In this document: positions 18,190 through 30,424 of the stretch, one piece after another
Position numbering within the stretch: position 1 is the stretch's first letter
How the letters are laid out: each line of letters begins with the position of its first letter
Notes under the pieces: model-generated
Seen by the model: the letters and a program-made list of their open reading frames with translations, nothing else
Told to the model about the DNA's origin: nothing
Database searches by the model: none
Source: Pseudomonas aeruginosa
GTDB lineage: Bacteria; Pseudomonadota; Gammaproteobacteria; Pseudomonadales; Pseudomonadaceae
DNA: 32,000 nt
Direction: 5' to 3'
Assembly (NCBI RefSeq): GCF_001457615.1
Contig: NZ_LN831024.1
Coordinates: 5,370,001-5,402,000 of the forward strand
Position numbers and translations under genes: made by a program

Positions 18190-19866
18190 ATGCTGGTTCA
18201 CCTGTCCGTTCACAACTACGCCATCGTCGAGCACCTGGATCTCGAACTCGCTACCGGCATGAGCGTGATCACCGGCGAAACCGGTGCGGGCAAGTCGATC
18301 ATGCTCGACGCCCTCGGCCTTACCCTCGGCGACCGCGCCGACAGCGGCGCGGTCCGTCCCGGAGCGGACAAGGCCGACATTCTCGCCAGCTTCGACGTCA
18401 GCGCCATCGCCGAGGCCCGCGACTGGCTCGCCGAGCGCGACCTGGAACAGGACGGTCCGTGCATCCTGCGCCGGGTGATCACTGCCGAAGGTCGCTCGCG
18501 TGCCTACATCAACGGCACGCCCTGCCCGCTGGGCGACCTGAAGAGCCTGGGCGAACTGCTGATCGACATCCATAGCCAGCACGAGCACCAGTCGCTGCTG
18601 AAGAGCGAGACCCACCGGCGCCTGCTCGACGAGTATGCCGGCTGCCAGGAGCTGGCGCGCCAGGTGCAGCTCGCCGCGCAACGCTGGAAGCAGACCAGCC
18701 AGGAACTCGAACGCCTGTCGCGTAGCGGCGACGAACAGCGCGCCCGCCACCAGTTGCTCAGCTACCAGCTGGAAGAACTGGAAAACCTGTCCCTCGGCGA
18801 AAACGAACTGGAAAGCCTGGAGCAGGAGCAGAAGACCCTGAGCAACGCCGAAAGCCTGCTCGCCGCCTGCCGCCAAGTCGTGGAAATGTGCAGCGAGAGC
18901 GATGCCGGCAACGTCCTTTCCGCGCTCAATGCCAGCCTCAACCGCCTGACCTCGTTCAGCGGCCAGCCCGCCGCTCTCGGCGAAGCGGTCAATCTGTTGT
19001 CCAGCGCGCAGATCCAGGTCGAGGAGGCGATCGGCGAACTGAACCGCTTCGTCGACCACTTCGATGCCGATCCCAATCGCCAGCAGCAGGTCGAGGAGCG
19101 CCTGGACGTCATTTACTCCCTGGCGCGCAAGCACCGGGTCCAGCCCGTCGAACTGGCCGACCTGCAGCAGCGCCTGTTCGACGAACTGGAGGCGCTGAAC
19201 GCCGACGACGAAGCAGTCGGACGCCTGGGCGACGAGCTGGCCGCCTACGCCCGGCATTACCAGGAAAAAGCCGAAGAACTGAGCCGCCTGCGCCAGGCCG
19301 CGGCCGCACCTCTTGCCGCCAGCGTGGAGCAGGAAATGCAGCGCCTGGGCATGCCCGGGGGGCGCTTCGCCATCGTCCTGCATCCCGGCGACAGCGCCGA
19401 GCCGCAGGCCAACGGACTGGAAAGCGTGGAGTTCCTGGTCAGCGCCAACCCCGGGCAGCCGCTGAAAGGGCTGGCCAAGGTCGCCTCGGGCGGCGAACTG
19501 TCGCGGATCAGCCTGGCGATCCAGGTGATCACGGCACAGACCTCGCGCATCCCCACCCTGGTCTTCGACGAAGTCGACGTCGGCATCGGCGGCCCCACCG
19601 CCGAAGTGGTCGGACAGTTGCTGCGCCGCCTCGGCGAACGCGGCCAGGTCCTCACCGTGACCCACTTGCCGCAGGTCGCCGCCCAGGGCCACCAGCACCT
19701 GTTCGTGCACAAGGAACGCGGCAGCAGCGAAACCCGTACGGCGGTCGCCACCCTGAACAAGGCCCAGCGGATCGAGGAGATCGCCCGCATGCTCGGCGGC
19801 GTCGACCTGACCAAGGAATCCCTGGCCCACGCGAAGAAACTGGTCAACCTGGCCGCCCAGAACTGA
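18190..19866 (+). CDS. recN: DNA repair protein RecN
   Basis: 558 aa MLVHLSVHNYAIVEHLDLELATGMSVITGETGAGKSIMLDALGLTLGDRA...VTHLPQVAAQGHQHLFVHKE. Confidence 0.97.
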   Translation: MLVHLSVHNYAIVEHLDLELATGMSVITGETGAGKSIMLDALGLTLGDRADSGAVRPGADKADILASFDVSAIAEARDWLAERDLEQDGPCILRRVITAEGRSRAYINGTPCPLGDLKSLGELLIDIHSQHEHQSLLKSETHRRLLDEYAGCQELARQVQLAAQRWKQTSQELERLSRSGDEQRARHQLLSYQLEELENLSLGENELESLEQEQKTLSNAESLLAACRQVVEMCSESDAGNVLSALNASLNRLTSFSGQPAALGEAVNLLSSAQIQVEEAIGELNRFVDHFDADPNRQQQVEERLDVIYSLARKHRVQPVELADLQQRLFDELEALNADDEAVGRLGDELAAYARHYQEKAEELSRLRQAAAAPLAASVEQEMQRLGMPGGRFAIVLHPGDSAEPQANGLESVEFLVSANPGQPLKGLAKVASGGELSRISLAIQVITAQTSRIPTLVFDEVDVGIGGPTAEVVGQLLRRLGERGQVLTVTHLPQVAAQGHQHLFVHKERGSSETRTAVATLNKAQRIEEIARMLGGVDLTKESLAHAKKLVNLAAQN

Positions 19867-19887
19867 ACGTTCCTTCAATGGAAAATG

Positions 19888-19915
19888 AAAACGGCGACCC
19901 CAGGGTCGCCGTTTT
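19888..19915. terminator. Bidirectional terminator between recN and fur
   Basis: AAAACGGCGACCC-ca-GGGTCGCCGTTTT, with T runs on both strands. Confidence 0.85.
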
Positions 19916-19935
19916 CGCATGGAACCGTTGCGCGA

Positions 19936-20340
19936 CTACTTCTTCTTGCGCACGTAGAGCACCAGATTGTGATCGACCAGCTCGAAGCCGCGCTCGCGGA
20001 CGATTTCCTTCTGGCGCTTCTCGATTTCCGCATCCATGAACTCGATCACCTCACCGGTATCGACGCAGACCATGTGGTCGTGGTGGCCGCTATCGGCGAG
20101 TTCGAACACGGCATGGCCGCCATCGAAGTTGTGACGCACCACCAGGCCGGCGGCCTCGAACTGGGTCAGCACCCGATAGACGGTTGCCAGGCCCACGTCC
20201 TCGCCTGCTTCCATCAGCGCCTTGTACACGTCTTCGGCGCTCATGTGGCGTTGCTCGGCCGAGTCGAGCATCTGCAGGATCTTGACCCGCGGCAGGGTCA
20301 CTTTAAGGCCGGCTTTTCGAAGTTCGCTATTTTCAACCAT
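19936..20340 (-). CDS. fur: Ferric uptake regulator Fur
   Basis: 134 aa MVENSELRKAGLKVTLPRVKILQMLDSAEQRHMSAEDVYKALMEAGEDVGLATVYRVLTQFEAAGLV. Confidence 0.98.
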   Translation of the reverse strand: MVENSELRKAGLKVTLPRVKILQMLDSAEQRHMSAEDVYKALMEAGEDVGLATVYRVLTQFEAAGLVVRHNFDGGHAVFELADSGHHDHMVCVDTGEVIEFMDAEIEKRQKEIVRERGFELVDHNLVLYVRKKK

Positions 20341-20364
20341 GTCTGCTTTCTCAGCGCGGGATGT

Positions 20365-20393
20365 TTCGCAGTATCCCGGAATACGGGTATGAT
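20365..20393 (+). promoter_or_regulatory. Candidate sigma-70 promoter for bamE/omlA
   Basis: TTCGCA (20365-20370), 17-nt spacer, TATGAT (20388-20393), 44 nt ahead of the ATG. Confidence 0.45.
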
Positions 20394-20437
20394 CGGGCTT
20401 TTATTTGCCCAGCCAAGATAGTGGAAGTCGCTCACCG

Positions 20438-20968
20438 ATGCAAAACGCCAAGCTCATGCTGACCTGTCTCGCTTTCGCGGGGCTTGCCGCACTCGCCGGT
20501 TGCTCGTTTCCTGGCGTCTATAAAATCGACATCCAGCAAGGCAACGTCGTAACGCAGGACATGATAGACCAGTTGCGTCCCGGAATGACCCGACGCCAAG
20601 TGCGGTTTATCATGGGCAACCCGCTCATCGTCGATACCTTCCACGCCAATCGTTGGGACTACCTCTACAGCATCCAGCCGGGCGGCGGTCGTCGCCAGCA
20701 GGAGCGCGTCAGCCTGTTCTTCAACGACAGCGACCAGCTGGCCGGCCTGAACGGCGACTTCATGCCCGGCGTCAGCCGCGACGAAGCGATCCTCGGCAAG
20801 GAAGGCAGCACCACCGTCACCCAGCCGGCCGACCAGCAGAAACCGGAAGCGCAGAAAGAAGAGCCGCCGAAACCGGGCTCCACCCTGGAACAGCTCCAGC
20901 GCGAAGTGGACGAAGCCCAGCCGGTACCGGTTCCGACTCCCGAACCTCTGGACCCCAGCCCGCAATGA
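20438..20968 (+). CDS. bamE: Outer membrane assembly lipoprotein BamE (OmlA/SmpA)
   Basis: [75 protein letters not shown]; lipobox LAGC; divergent from fur. Confidence 0.95.
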
Positions 20969-20983
20969 CGGCTGGCGTTCCAC

Positions 20984-21013
20984 GAAAAAGCCCGGCATTC
21001 GCCGGGCTTTTTC
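20984..21013. terminator. Bidirectional terminator between bamE and rnfH
   Basis: GAAAAAGCCCGGC-attc-GCCGGGCTTTTTC, T runs on both strands. Confidence 0.9.
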
Positions 21014-21035
21014 ATTTCCGCAGGAAACCCCTCGG

Positions 21036-21341
21036 CTAACCGCCTTCGCGTTCGCTCCGGGCCCGTGCGGCACGCTGCTTGCGCACCTCCTTGGGATCGG
21101 CGATCAGCGGGCGGTAGATCTCCACCCGTTCGCCGGCCTCCAGCACTCGCTCCTCCGGGCGTGCCAGGAGCTTGCCGAAGATACCCAGCGGGCAACCTTG
21201 CACATCCAGCCCTGGAAAGGCCTCGGCGATGCCGGAGAGCAGCACGGCCTCGCGTGCGCTGGTACCTGCCGGCACGCTCAGGCGCAGTAACGCCTGTCGC
21301 TCCGGCAGCGCGTAGACCACCTCGACGGCGATCTCAGCCAT
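21036..21341 (-). CDS. RnfH-family ubiquitin-like protein (RatB/UPF0125)
   Basis: 101 aa MAEIAVEVVYALPERQALLRLSVPAGTSAREAVLLSGIAEAFPGLD...GKLLARPEERVLEAGERVEIYRPLIADPKEVRKQRA. Confidence 0.88.
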   Translation of the reverse strand: MAEIAVEVVYALPERQALLRLSVPAGTSAREAVLLSGIAEAFPGLDVQGCPLGIFGKLLARPEERVLEAGERVEIYRPLIADPKEVRKQRAARARSEREGG

Positions 21342-21768
21342 AGAGTTGCTTGGCGCGCTGGCAGAACGCGTCGACCATGGTGTTGGCGGCCTGGGTGAAC
21401 AGCGGCCCGAGGGTCGCCTTGACCAGCGGCCCGGCGTAATCGAAGGTCAGGTCGAGGGTGATCTTGCAGGCCTTCTCGCCAAGCGCCTTGAACTGCCAGA
21501 CGCCATGCAGTTCGGTGAACGGTCCGTTTTCCAGGTTCATCTCGATGGAAGCTCCCGGCACCAACACGTTGCGGGTGGTGAAGCGCTGGCTGAGGCTACC
21601 CTTGGCCACGGTCAGCTCGGCGCGCATCAGGCTTTCGCTCTCCTCCAGGACCTGGCTGGCCGAACACCAGGGCAGGAACTCCGGATAGCGCTTCACGTCG
21701 TTCACCAAATCGAACAGCGCGCGGGCGGGATAAGGCAACAGCGCCGAACGCTGGATATGGGTGCTCAT
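21334..21768 (-). CDS. ratA: RatA-like START/SRPBCC-fold protein (type II toxin RatA/CoQ-binding COQ10 family)
   Basis: 144 aa MSTHIQRSALLPYPARALFDLVNDVKRYPEFLPWCSASQVLEES...; overlaps the rnfH start by 8 nt; next to smpB. Confidence 0.88.
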   Translation of the reverse strand: MSTHIQRSALLPYPARALFDLVNDVKRYPEFLPWCSASQVLEESESLMRAELTVAKGSLSQRFTTRNVLVPGASIEMNLENGPFTELHGVWQFKALGEKACKITLDLTFDYAGPLVKATLGPLFTQAANTMVDAFCQRAKQLYG

Positions 21769-22043
21769 AGAACTCTCACTTCTGCTGTCGAGCGGGCGAC
21801 TCCCCAAGCATAGCCGGCGGGACGGCGGCATCCGCCACGGCGGCGCGCTGCGCCCGTCGACCGGGGCCAGGGTTCGGCAGAAAAAACGCTCAGCGCAGCC
21901 TGACGCCACTTGAAGACTTTTCTTACAAAACCTTGGCCAGCGGCCAGGAAAAGAGTGGGCATTGTCCGAAATTCACCTCTATCCCTCAAGCGCGACGCCG
22001 CCCCATAGCGGTGAAGCCGGCGACTCCCTATAATGCGCCGCCT

Positions 22044-22523
22044 ATGGCTAAGCAGAAGAAACACCCTTCGGGGACCATCGCGCAGAACAAGAAGGCTCTG
22101 CACGACTATTTCATCGAACAACGCTTCGAGGCGGGCGTCGCCCTGGCGGGCTGGGAAGTGAAAAGCCTGCGCGCCGGCAAGGCCCAGTTGGTCGACAGCT
22201 ACGTGCTGCTCAAGGATGGCGAGGCCTGGCTGCTCGGCAGCCACATCACGCCCCTGACCACCGCCAGCACGCACGTGATCGCCGACCCGGTGCGCACGCG
22301 CAAGCTGCTGCTGCACAAGCGCGAACTGGGCAAGCTGTTCGGCGCCGTGCAACAGAAGGGCTACGCCTGCGTCGCCCTGTCGATGTACTGGAAGAAGCAC
22401 CTGGTCAAGTGCGAGATCGCCCTGGCCAAGGGCAAGAAGGACTTCGACAAGCGCCACACCGAGAAGGAGCGCGACTCCGATCGGGAGATCCAGCGCGCCA
22501 TGCGCCACGGCAAGGACGACTGA
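22044..22523 (+). CDS. smpB: SsrA (tmRNA)-binding protein SmpB
   Basis: 159 aa [54 protein letters not shown]. Confidence 0.96.
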   Translation: MAKQKKHPSGTIAQNKKALHDYFIEQRFEAGVALAGWEVKSLRAGKAQLVDSYVLLKDGEAWLLGSHITPLTTASTHVIADPVRTRKLLLHKRELGKLFGAVQQKGYACVALSMYWKKHLVKCEIALAKGKKDFDKRHTEKERDSDREIQRAMRHGKDD

Positions 22524-22545
22524 ACGCGTCCCTGCCCGCGCCTCG

Positions 22546-23319
22546 CTATTCTTCCTGCACGCTGCGACGGCGCTGCGAGCGCTTCATCCTGCGCGCCTCT
22601 TCCTGGACCTCCGCCAGGACCTCCTGCACATAGTGGATGTGCTGGTTGGACACCTCCCGAGCCAGCTCCGCCTGACCGCTGATGATCGCGTCGTATAGGC
22701 GCTGGTGCTGCTCCATCAGTTGCGCGCGGGTTTCCGTGCGCTGCGCGTACATCCCGCCGATATTGGTCACCACGTTGCGCCGCAACAAGTCGAACAGGCC
22801 CTTGATGGTGTGCAGCAGCACGGTGTTGTGGCTGGCCTCGGCGATCGCCAGGTGGAAGCGCGCGTCGGCGGCGCCCTCTTCCGCGCTGACCTGGTCGTTG
22901 CGCGCATAGCAGGCCTGGAGCGCCTCGAAGGCCTCGGTCAGGCGCTGGTGATCGAGGGAGGTCGCACGCAGCGCCGCGTAGTAGGCACAGGACCCTTCCA
23001 GCGTGTGGCGAAACTCCAGCAGGTCGCGCTGGGCCTCCGGGTTACCTTCCAGCAGGTGCAGCAGCGGATCGCTGAAAGTCGCACCCAGCGATTCGGTCAC
23101 ATAGTTGCCGCCACCCTGGCGGCTAACCAGCAGCCCCTTCGCCACCAGTTTCTGGATCGCCTCGCGCAGCGACGGCCGGGAAACCCCGAACTGCTCGGCA
23201 AGCACGCGCTCGGCGGGCAGCCGCTCGCCGGACTTCAGCGTGCCCTCCAGGATCATCGCCTCCAGTTGCGCAACGATGTCATCCGACAGACGGCGCTGCC
23301 TGACCTGACCAAATTCCAT
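22546..23319 (-). CDS. lldR: GntR/FadR-family regulator of L-lactate utilisation
   Basis: 257 aa, N-terminal wHTH MILEGTLKSGERLPAERVLAEQFGVSRPSLREAIQKLVAKGLLVSRQGGGNYV and FCD-type C-terminus; divergent from lldP. Confidence 0.9.
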   Translation of the reverse strand: MEFGQVRQRRLSDDIVAQLEAMILEGTLKSGERLPAERVLAEQFGVSRPSLREAIQKLVAKGLLVSRQGGGNYVTESLGATFSDPLLHLLEGNPEAQRDLLEFRHTLEGSCAYYAALRATSLDHQRLTEAFEALQACYARNDQVSAEEGAADARFHLAIAEASHNTVLLHTIKGLFDLLRRNVVTNIGGMYAQRTETRAQLMEQHQRLYDAIISGQAELAREVSNQHIHYVQEVLAEVQEEARRMKRSQRRRSVQEE

Positions 23320-23521
23320 ATCCCGACACCCTTACCCGAAGTTTCGTCGCAAAGCCTCTGCCATGCGCCCAGCGCGAAAAAGAGAGGAAGCGTACCGAGC
23401 CGCTCCCCGCACCACAAGCGAGGCGCCACGAGCCCCGCACGAGCATCCTTAGACAAAAGTCGTAGACGGGCAAATTGACACGCCGAACGCTCGACTCTTA
23501 ACCTGAGCGCTCGCTTTTGTA

Positions 23522-23538
23522 AATTGGTCTTACCAATT
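23522..23538. promoter_or_regulatory. Candidate LldR operator
   Basis: AATTGGT-CTT-ACCAATT, exact 7-3-7 palindrome of the PdhR/LldR type between lldR and lldP. Confidence 0.8.
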
Positions 23539-23647
23539 ATGCGAGCTTTGCCAGGTTCGGCTGCCCAGCGCCCTTGCACACACAGGTCTTGGCGCGTATC
23601 CGATCTGGTCACAGGCAAACCCAACAACAATTAGGGAGCCAACCCCC

Positions 23648-25330
23648 ATGCAAGCCTGGCAACAACTCTATACCCCCCTGGGCAGTCTCGGCCTGTCGGC
23701 CGCCGCGGCCGTCATCCCGATCGTGTTCTTCTTCCTCGCCCTGGCGGTATTCCGCCTCAAGGGCCACATCGCCGGCAGCATCACCCTGGCGCTGGCCATC
23801 GCGGTGGCCATCTTCGCCTTCCACATGCCCGCCGACATGGCCTTCGCCGCCGCCGGCTACGGCTTCCTCTACGGTCTCTGGCCGATCGCCTGGATCATCG
23901 TCGCCGCGGTCTTCCTCTACAAACTGACGGTGAAGAGCGGCCAGTTCGAGGTGATCCGCAGCTCGGTGCTGTCGATTACCGGCGACCAGCGCCTGCAGGT
24001 ACTGCTGATCGGCTTCTCCTTCGGCGCCTTCCTCGAAGGCGCCGCCGGTTTCGGCGCGCCGGTGGCGATCACCGCCGCCCTGCTCGTCGGCCTCGGCTTC
24101 AATCCGCTCTACGCCGCCGGCCTGTGCCTGATCGCCAACACTGCGCCGGTGGCCTTTGGCGCACTGGGCATCCCGATCATCGTCGCCGGCCAGGTGACCG
24201 GCATCGACGCCTTCAAGATCGGCGCCATGACCGGCCGCCAACTGCCGTTCCTGTCGATCCTGGTACCGTTCTGGCTGGTGTTCATGATGGACGGCTGGCG
24301 CGGCATCCGCGAAACCTGGCCGGCCGCCATCGTCGCCGGCGGCAGCTTCGCCATCACCCAGTACCTGACGTCCAACTTCATCGGCCCGGAGTTGCCGGAC
24401 ATCACCTCAGCACTGGTCAGCCTGGTCTCCCTGACCCTGTTCCTCAAGGTCTGGCAGCCGCAGGGCGCCAGCGAAGCGCTCGCCGCAGGCGGCGGCGCGG
24501 CCGTGGCCGGTGGCGGCTTCGGCGGGCAACGCAGCGTCGAACCGTCCGCCTACAGCTTCGGCGAGATCCTCAAGGCCTGGTCGCCGTTCCTGGTGCTCAC
24601 CGTACTGGTGACCATCTGGACCCTGAAACCTTTCAAGGCCCTGTTCGCCCCGGGCGGCGAGCTCTACTGGCTGGTGTTCAACTTCGCCATCCCGCACCTC
24701 GACCAACTGGTGGTCAAGGGCGCGCCGATCGCCACCAGCGCCACGCCGATCGCGGCAGTATTCAAGTTCGACCCGATCTCCGCCACCGGCACGGCGATCT
24801 TCCTCTCGGCGTTGGTATCGATGCTCATCCTGCGCATTGGAACGAAAATTGGTATTACCACTTTCAAGGAAGTCCTGGTGGAGCTGAAGTGGCCGATCCT
24901 GTCCATCGGCATGGTCCTGGCCTTCGCCTTCGTCACCAACTACTCGGGCATGTCCACCACCCTGGCCCTGGTCCTGGCCGGTACCGGCGCGGCGTTCCCG
25001 TTCTTCTCGCCGTTCCTCGGCTGGCTGGGGGTATTCCTGACCGGTTCGGATACGTCCTCCAACGCCCTGTTCAGTTCCCTGCAGTCGACCACCGCGCACC
25101 AGATCGGGGTCAGCGACACCCTGCTGGTGGCCGCCAATACCAGCGGCGGCGTGACCGGCAAGATGATCTCCCCGCAATCCATCGCCGTGGCCTGCGCCGC
25201 GACCGGGATGGTCGGCAAGGAATCCGACCTGTTCCGCTTCACCCTGAAGCACAGCCTGATCTTCGCCGCGCTGGTCGGACTGATCACCCTGGCCCAGGCA
25301 TACCTATTCACCGGCATGCTGGTGCACTGA
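23648..25330 (+). CDS. lldP: L-lactate permease
   Basis: 560 aa [61 protein letters not shown]...; LctP family motifs [21 protein letters not shown]. Confidence 0.96.
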   Translation: MQAWQQLYTPLGSLGLSAAAAVIPIVFFFLALAVFRLKGHIAGSITLALAIAVAIFAFHMPADMAFAAAGYGFLYGLWPIAWIIVAAVFLYKLTVKSGQFEVIRSSVLSITGDQRLQVLLIGFSFGAFLEGAAGFGAPVAITAALLVGLGFNPLYAAGLCLIANTAPVAFGALGIPIIVAGQVTGIDAFKIGAMTGRQLPFLSILVPFWLVFMMDGWRGIRETWPAAIVAGGSFAITQYLTSNFIGPELPDITSALVSLVSLTLFLKVWQPQGASEALAAGGGAAVAGGGFGGQRSVEPSAYSFGEILKAWSPFLVLTVLVTIWTLKPFKALFAPGGELYWLVFNFAIPHLDQLVVKGAPIATSATPIAAVFKFDPISATGTAIFLSALVSMLILRIGTKIGITTFKEVLVELKWPILSIGMVLAFAFVTNYSGMSTTLALVLAGTGAAFPFFSPFLGWLGVFLTGSDTSSNALFSSLQSTTAHQIGVSDTLLVAANTSGGVTGKMISPQSIAVACAATGMVGKESDLFRFTLKHSLIFAALVGLITLAQAYLFTGMLVH

Positions 25331-25368
25331 CCGCGCCCTGATCGGCCGCGCGTCGGCGATACTGCGCA

Positions 25369-25426
25369 GGAAATGGCCCGGGGAGGCTCGCCTACGATCG
25401 TAGGCCCGGCTCCCTTGGCCATTTCC
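25369..25426. repeat. Long imperfect inverted repeat (stem-loop) between lldP and lldD
   Basis: GGAAATGGCC (25369-25378) / GGCCATTTCC (25417-25426) outer stem, GGGAG/CTCCC middle, CCTACGATCGTAGG apical palindrome (25391-25404). Confidence 0.75.
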
Positions 25427-25484
25427 GCCGTGTCCCGCTCCACTGCGCTCGATGCAAAACCTTTCGACACAACGGAAGAGCCCA

Positions 25485-26630
25485 ATGATCATTTCCGCTT
25501 CCACCGACTACCGCGCCGCCGCCCAACGCAAGCTGCCGCCGTTCCTCTTCCACTACATCGACGGCGGCGCCTACGCCGAGTACACCCTGCGCCGCAACGT
25601 CGAGGACCTGTCGGCCATCGCCCTGCGTCAGCGGGTGCTGAAGAACATGTCCGAGCTGAGCCTGGAAACCCGCCTGTTCGACGAGACCCTAGCGATGCCG
25701 GTGGCGCTCGCCCCGGTCGGTCTCACCGGCATGTATGCCCGCCGCGGCGAGGTCCAGGCGGCGCGCGCGGCGGCGGCGAAGGGCGTACCCTTCACCCTGT
25801 CGACGGTATCGGTGTGCCCGATCGAGGAGGTCGCCCCGGCCATCGACCGGCCGATGTGGTTCCAGCTCTACGTGCTGAAGGACCGCGGCTTCATGCGCAA
25901 CGCCCTGGAGCGGGCCAAGGCCGCCGGCGTCACCACCCTGGTGTTCACCGTCGACATGCCGGTCCCCGGCGCCCGCTACCGCGACGCCCATTCCGGCATG
26001 AGCGGCCCCTACGCCGCGCCGCGCCGCATCCTGCAAGCCATGACCCACCCGGTCTGGGCCTGGGACGTCGGCCTGCTGGGCAAGCCCCACGACCTCGGCA
26101 ACATTTCCGCCTACCGCGGCAACCCGACCGGACTGGAGGACTACATCGGCTGGCTGGGCGCCAACTTCGACCCGTCGATTTCCTGGAAGGACCTGGAGTG
26201 GATCCGCGAGTTCTGGGACGGCCCGATGGTGATCAAGGGCATCCTCGACCCGGAGGATGCCAGGGATGCGGTGAAGTTCGGCGCCGACGGCATCGTCGTC
26301 TCCAACCACGGCGGGCGCCAGCTCGACGGCGTGCTGTCCAGCGCCCGCGCGCTGCCGGCGATCGCCGATGCGGTGAAGGGCGAACTGGCGATCCTTGCCG
26401 ACTCCGGCATCCGCACCGGTCTCGACGTGGTGCGGATGATCGCCCTCGGCGCCGACAGCGTGCTGCTCGGCCGCGCCTTCGTCTACGCCCTGGCCGCCGC
26501 CGGCGAGGCCGGGGTGCGCAACCTGCTCGAACTGATCGAAAAGGAAATGCGCGTGGCCATGGTCCTCACCGGGGCCAAGTCGATCGGCGAGATCAGCGCC
26601 GACTCGCTGGTCCGCGAACTGGGCGCCTGA
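25485..26630 (+). CDS. lldD: L-lactate dehydrogenase (FMN-dependent)
   Basis: 381 aa [42 protein letters not shown]...[12 protein letters not shown]...[19 protein letters not shown]. Confidence 0.96.
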   Translation: MIISASTDYRAAAQRKLPPFLFHYIDGGAYAEYTLRRNVEDLSAIALRQRVLKNMSELSLETRLFDETLAMPVALAPVGLTGMYARRGEVQAARAAAAKGVPFTLSTVSVCPIEEVAPAIDRPMWFQLYVLKDRGFMRNALERAKAAGVTTLVFTVDMPVPGARYRDAHSGMSGPYAAPRRILQAMTHPVWAWDVGLLGKPHDLGNISAYRGNPTGLEDYIGWLGANFDPSISWKDLEWIREFWDGPMVIKGILDPEDARDAVKFGADGIVVSNHGGRQLDGVLSSARALPAIADAVKGELAILADSGIRTGLDVVRMIALGADSVLLGRAFVYALAAAGEAGVRNLLELIEKEMRVAMVLTGAKSIGEISADSLVRELGA

Positions 26631-26696
26631 GACGCCCACCAGAAAAGCCTGAAAACGCCCGGGGCGTGACCGTCGTCCCAGGGCCGAGGAAAGCCG

Positions 26697-29509
<2,813 letters not shown>

Positions 29510-29513
<4 letters not shown>

Positions 29514-29796
29514 GGCGAATAACCACTCGCGGTTGTCCGCCGGGCCATGCTCCGCAGAAGCAGCGGATAGCGCCGCTGGCGCTATTCGCCCTACCTCACG
29601 ACTCCCACCGGTAGGGCGAATAACCGCTCGCGGTTATCCGCCGGGCCATGCTCCGCAGAAGCAGCGGATAGCGCCGCTGGCGCTATTCGCCCTACCTCAC
29701 GACTCCCACCGGTAGGGCGAATAACCGCTCGCGGTTATCCGCCGGGCCATGCTCCGCAGAAGCGGCGGATAGCGCCGCTGGCGCTATTCGCCCTAC
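29510..29796. repeat. Three tandem 85-nt multi-palindromic units (period 101 nt, 16-nt spacers CTCACGACTCCCACCG)
   Basis: Units at 29510-29594, 29611-29695, 29712-29796, nearly identical, each bounded by GTAGGGCGAAT ... ATTCGCCCTAC. Confidence 0.97.
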
Positions 29797-29857
29797 GTCA
29801 GGCGAAATGGCTGCTCCGGCGTCGTCGGCCCGCGCCGGGTCGGGCAAAAAATCCGTC

Positions 29858-29891
29858 GTTAAGCACCTCTTAAGTCAGCCGCGCCTATCGT
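29858..29891 (+). promoter_or_regulatory. Candidate PmrA/PhoP-type box and -10 for the speD2-speE2 operon
   Basis: Direct repeat GTTAAG-CACCT-CTTAAG (29858-29874), then 11 nt, then TATCGT (29886-29891) as candidate -10. Confidence 0.65.
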
Positions 29892-29941
29892 GCCTTCCAC
29901 CGCGAGGACATCCCTCGCCGAAACGGAAGCAGGAGGCCTTC

Positions 29942-30424
29942 ATGGCAATTCAACCGTTGCGACTCGATCCGATCACCGTGCTCGGCAAGCAACTGGTCAT
30001 CGAGCTGTTCGACTGCGTCGACCAGCGCTTCGACGATATCCAGTGGATCGAGGAAAGCATGCTCGAGGCCGCCCGCCAGGCCAACGCCACCATCATCACC
30101 TCGGCGTTCCACAAGTTCAGCCCGATCGGCATCTCCGGCGTGGTGGTGATCGCCGAATCGCACCTGGCGATCCATACCTGGCCGGAGTACGGCTATGCCG
30201 CGGTCGACGTGTTCACCTGCGGCGACGTACTCGATGGCGCCCAGGCCGTGCGCGTGCTCAGCGAACGCCTGGGCAGCCGTCGGCACCTGATCTCGAGCAT
30301 GGACCGCGGCCTCGGCGGCCATCGCCTGGGGCTGCTCAGCCGCAGCCTGGCCGGCAATGGCCCGGTCGACGAAGACAGCCCGACCCTGCGCTGGGCGCTG
30401 GGCCAGGGCACGGGGGTGGCCTGA
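29942..30424 (+). CDS. speD2: S-adenosylmethionine decarboxylase-like protein (proenzyme, class 1B)
   Basis: 160 aa MAIQPLRLDPITVLGKQLVIELFDCVDQRFDDIQWIEESMLEAARQANATIITSAFHKFSPIGISGVVVIAESHLAIHTWPEYGYAAVDVFTCGD; ESH processing site. Confidence 0.93.
   Translation: MAIQPLRLDPITVLGKQLVIELFDCVDQRFDDIQWIEESMLEAARQANATIITSAFHKFSPIGISGVVVIAESHLAIHTWPEYGYAAVDVFTCGDVLDGAQAVRVLSERLGSRRHLISSMDRGLGGHRLGLLSRSLAGNGPVDEDSPTLRWALGQGTGVA

Noticed and set aside
18088-19920. 610-aa minus-strand ORF antisense to recN
   Set aside because: Shadow ORF; recN is complete on the other strand with an SOS box.
21334-22523. tmRNA (ssrA) next to smpB or an associated integrated island
   Set aside because: No tmRNA-like acceptor/T-arm end or tag-peptide sequence seen near smpB, and no integrase or att-like duplication.
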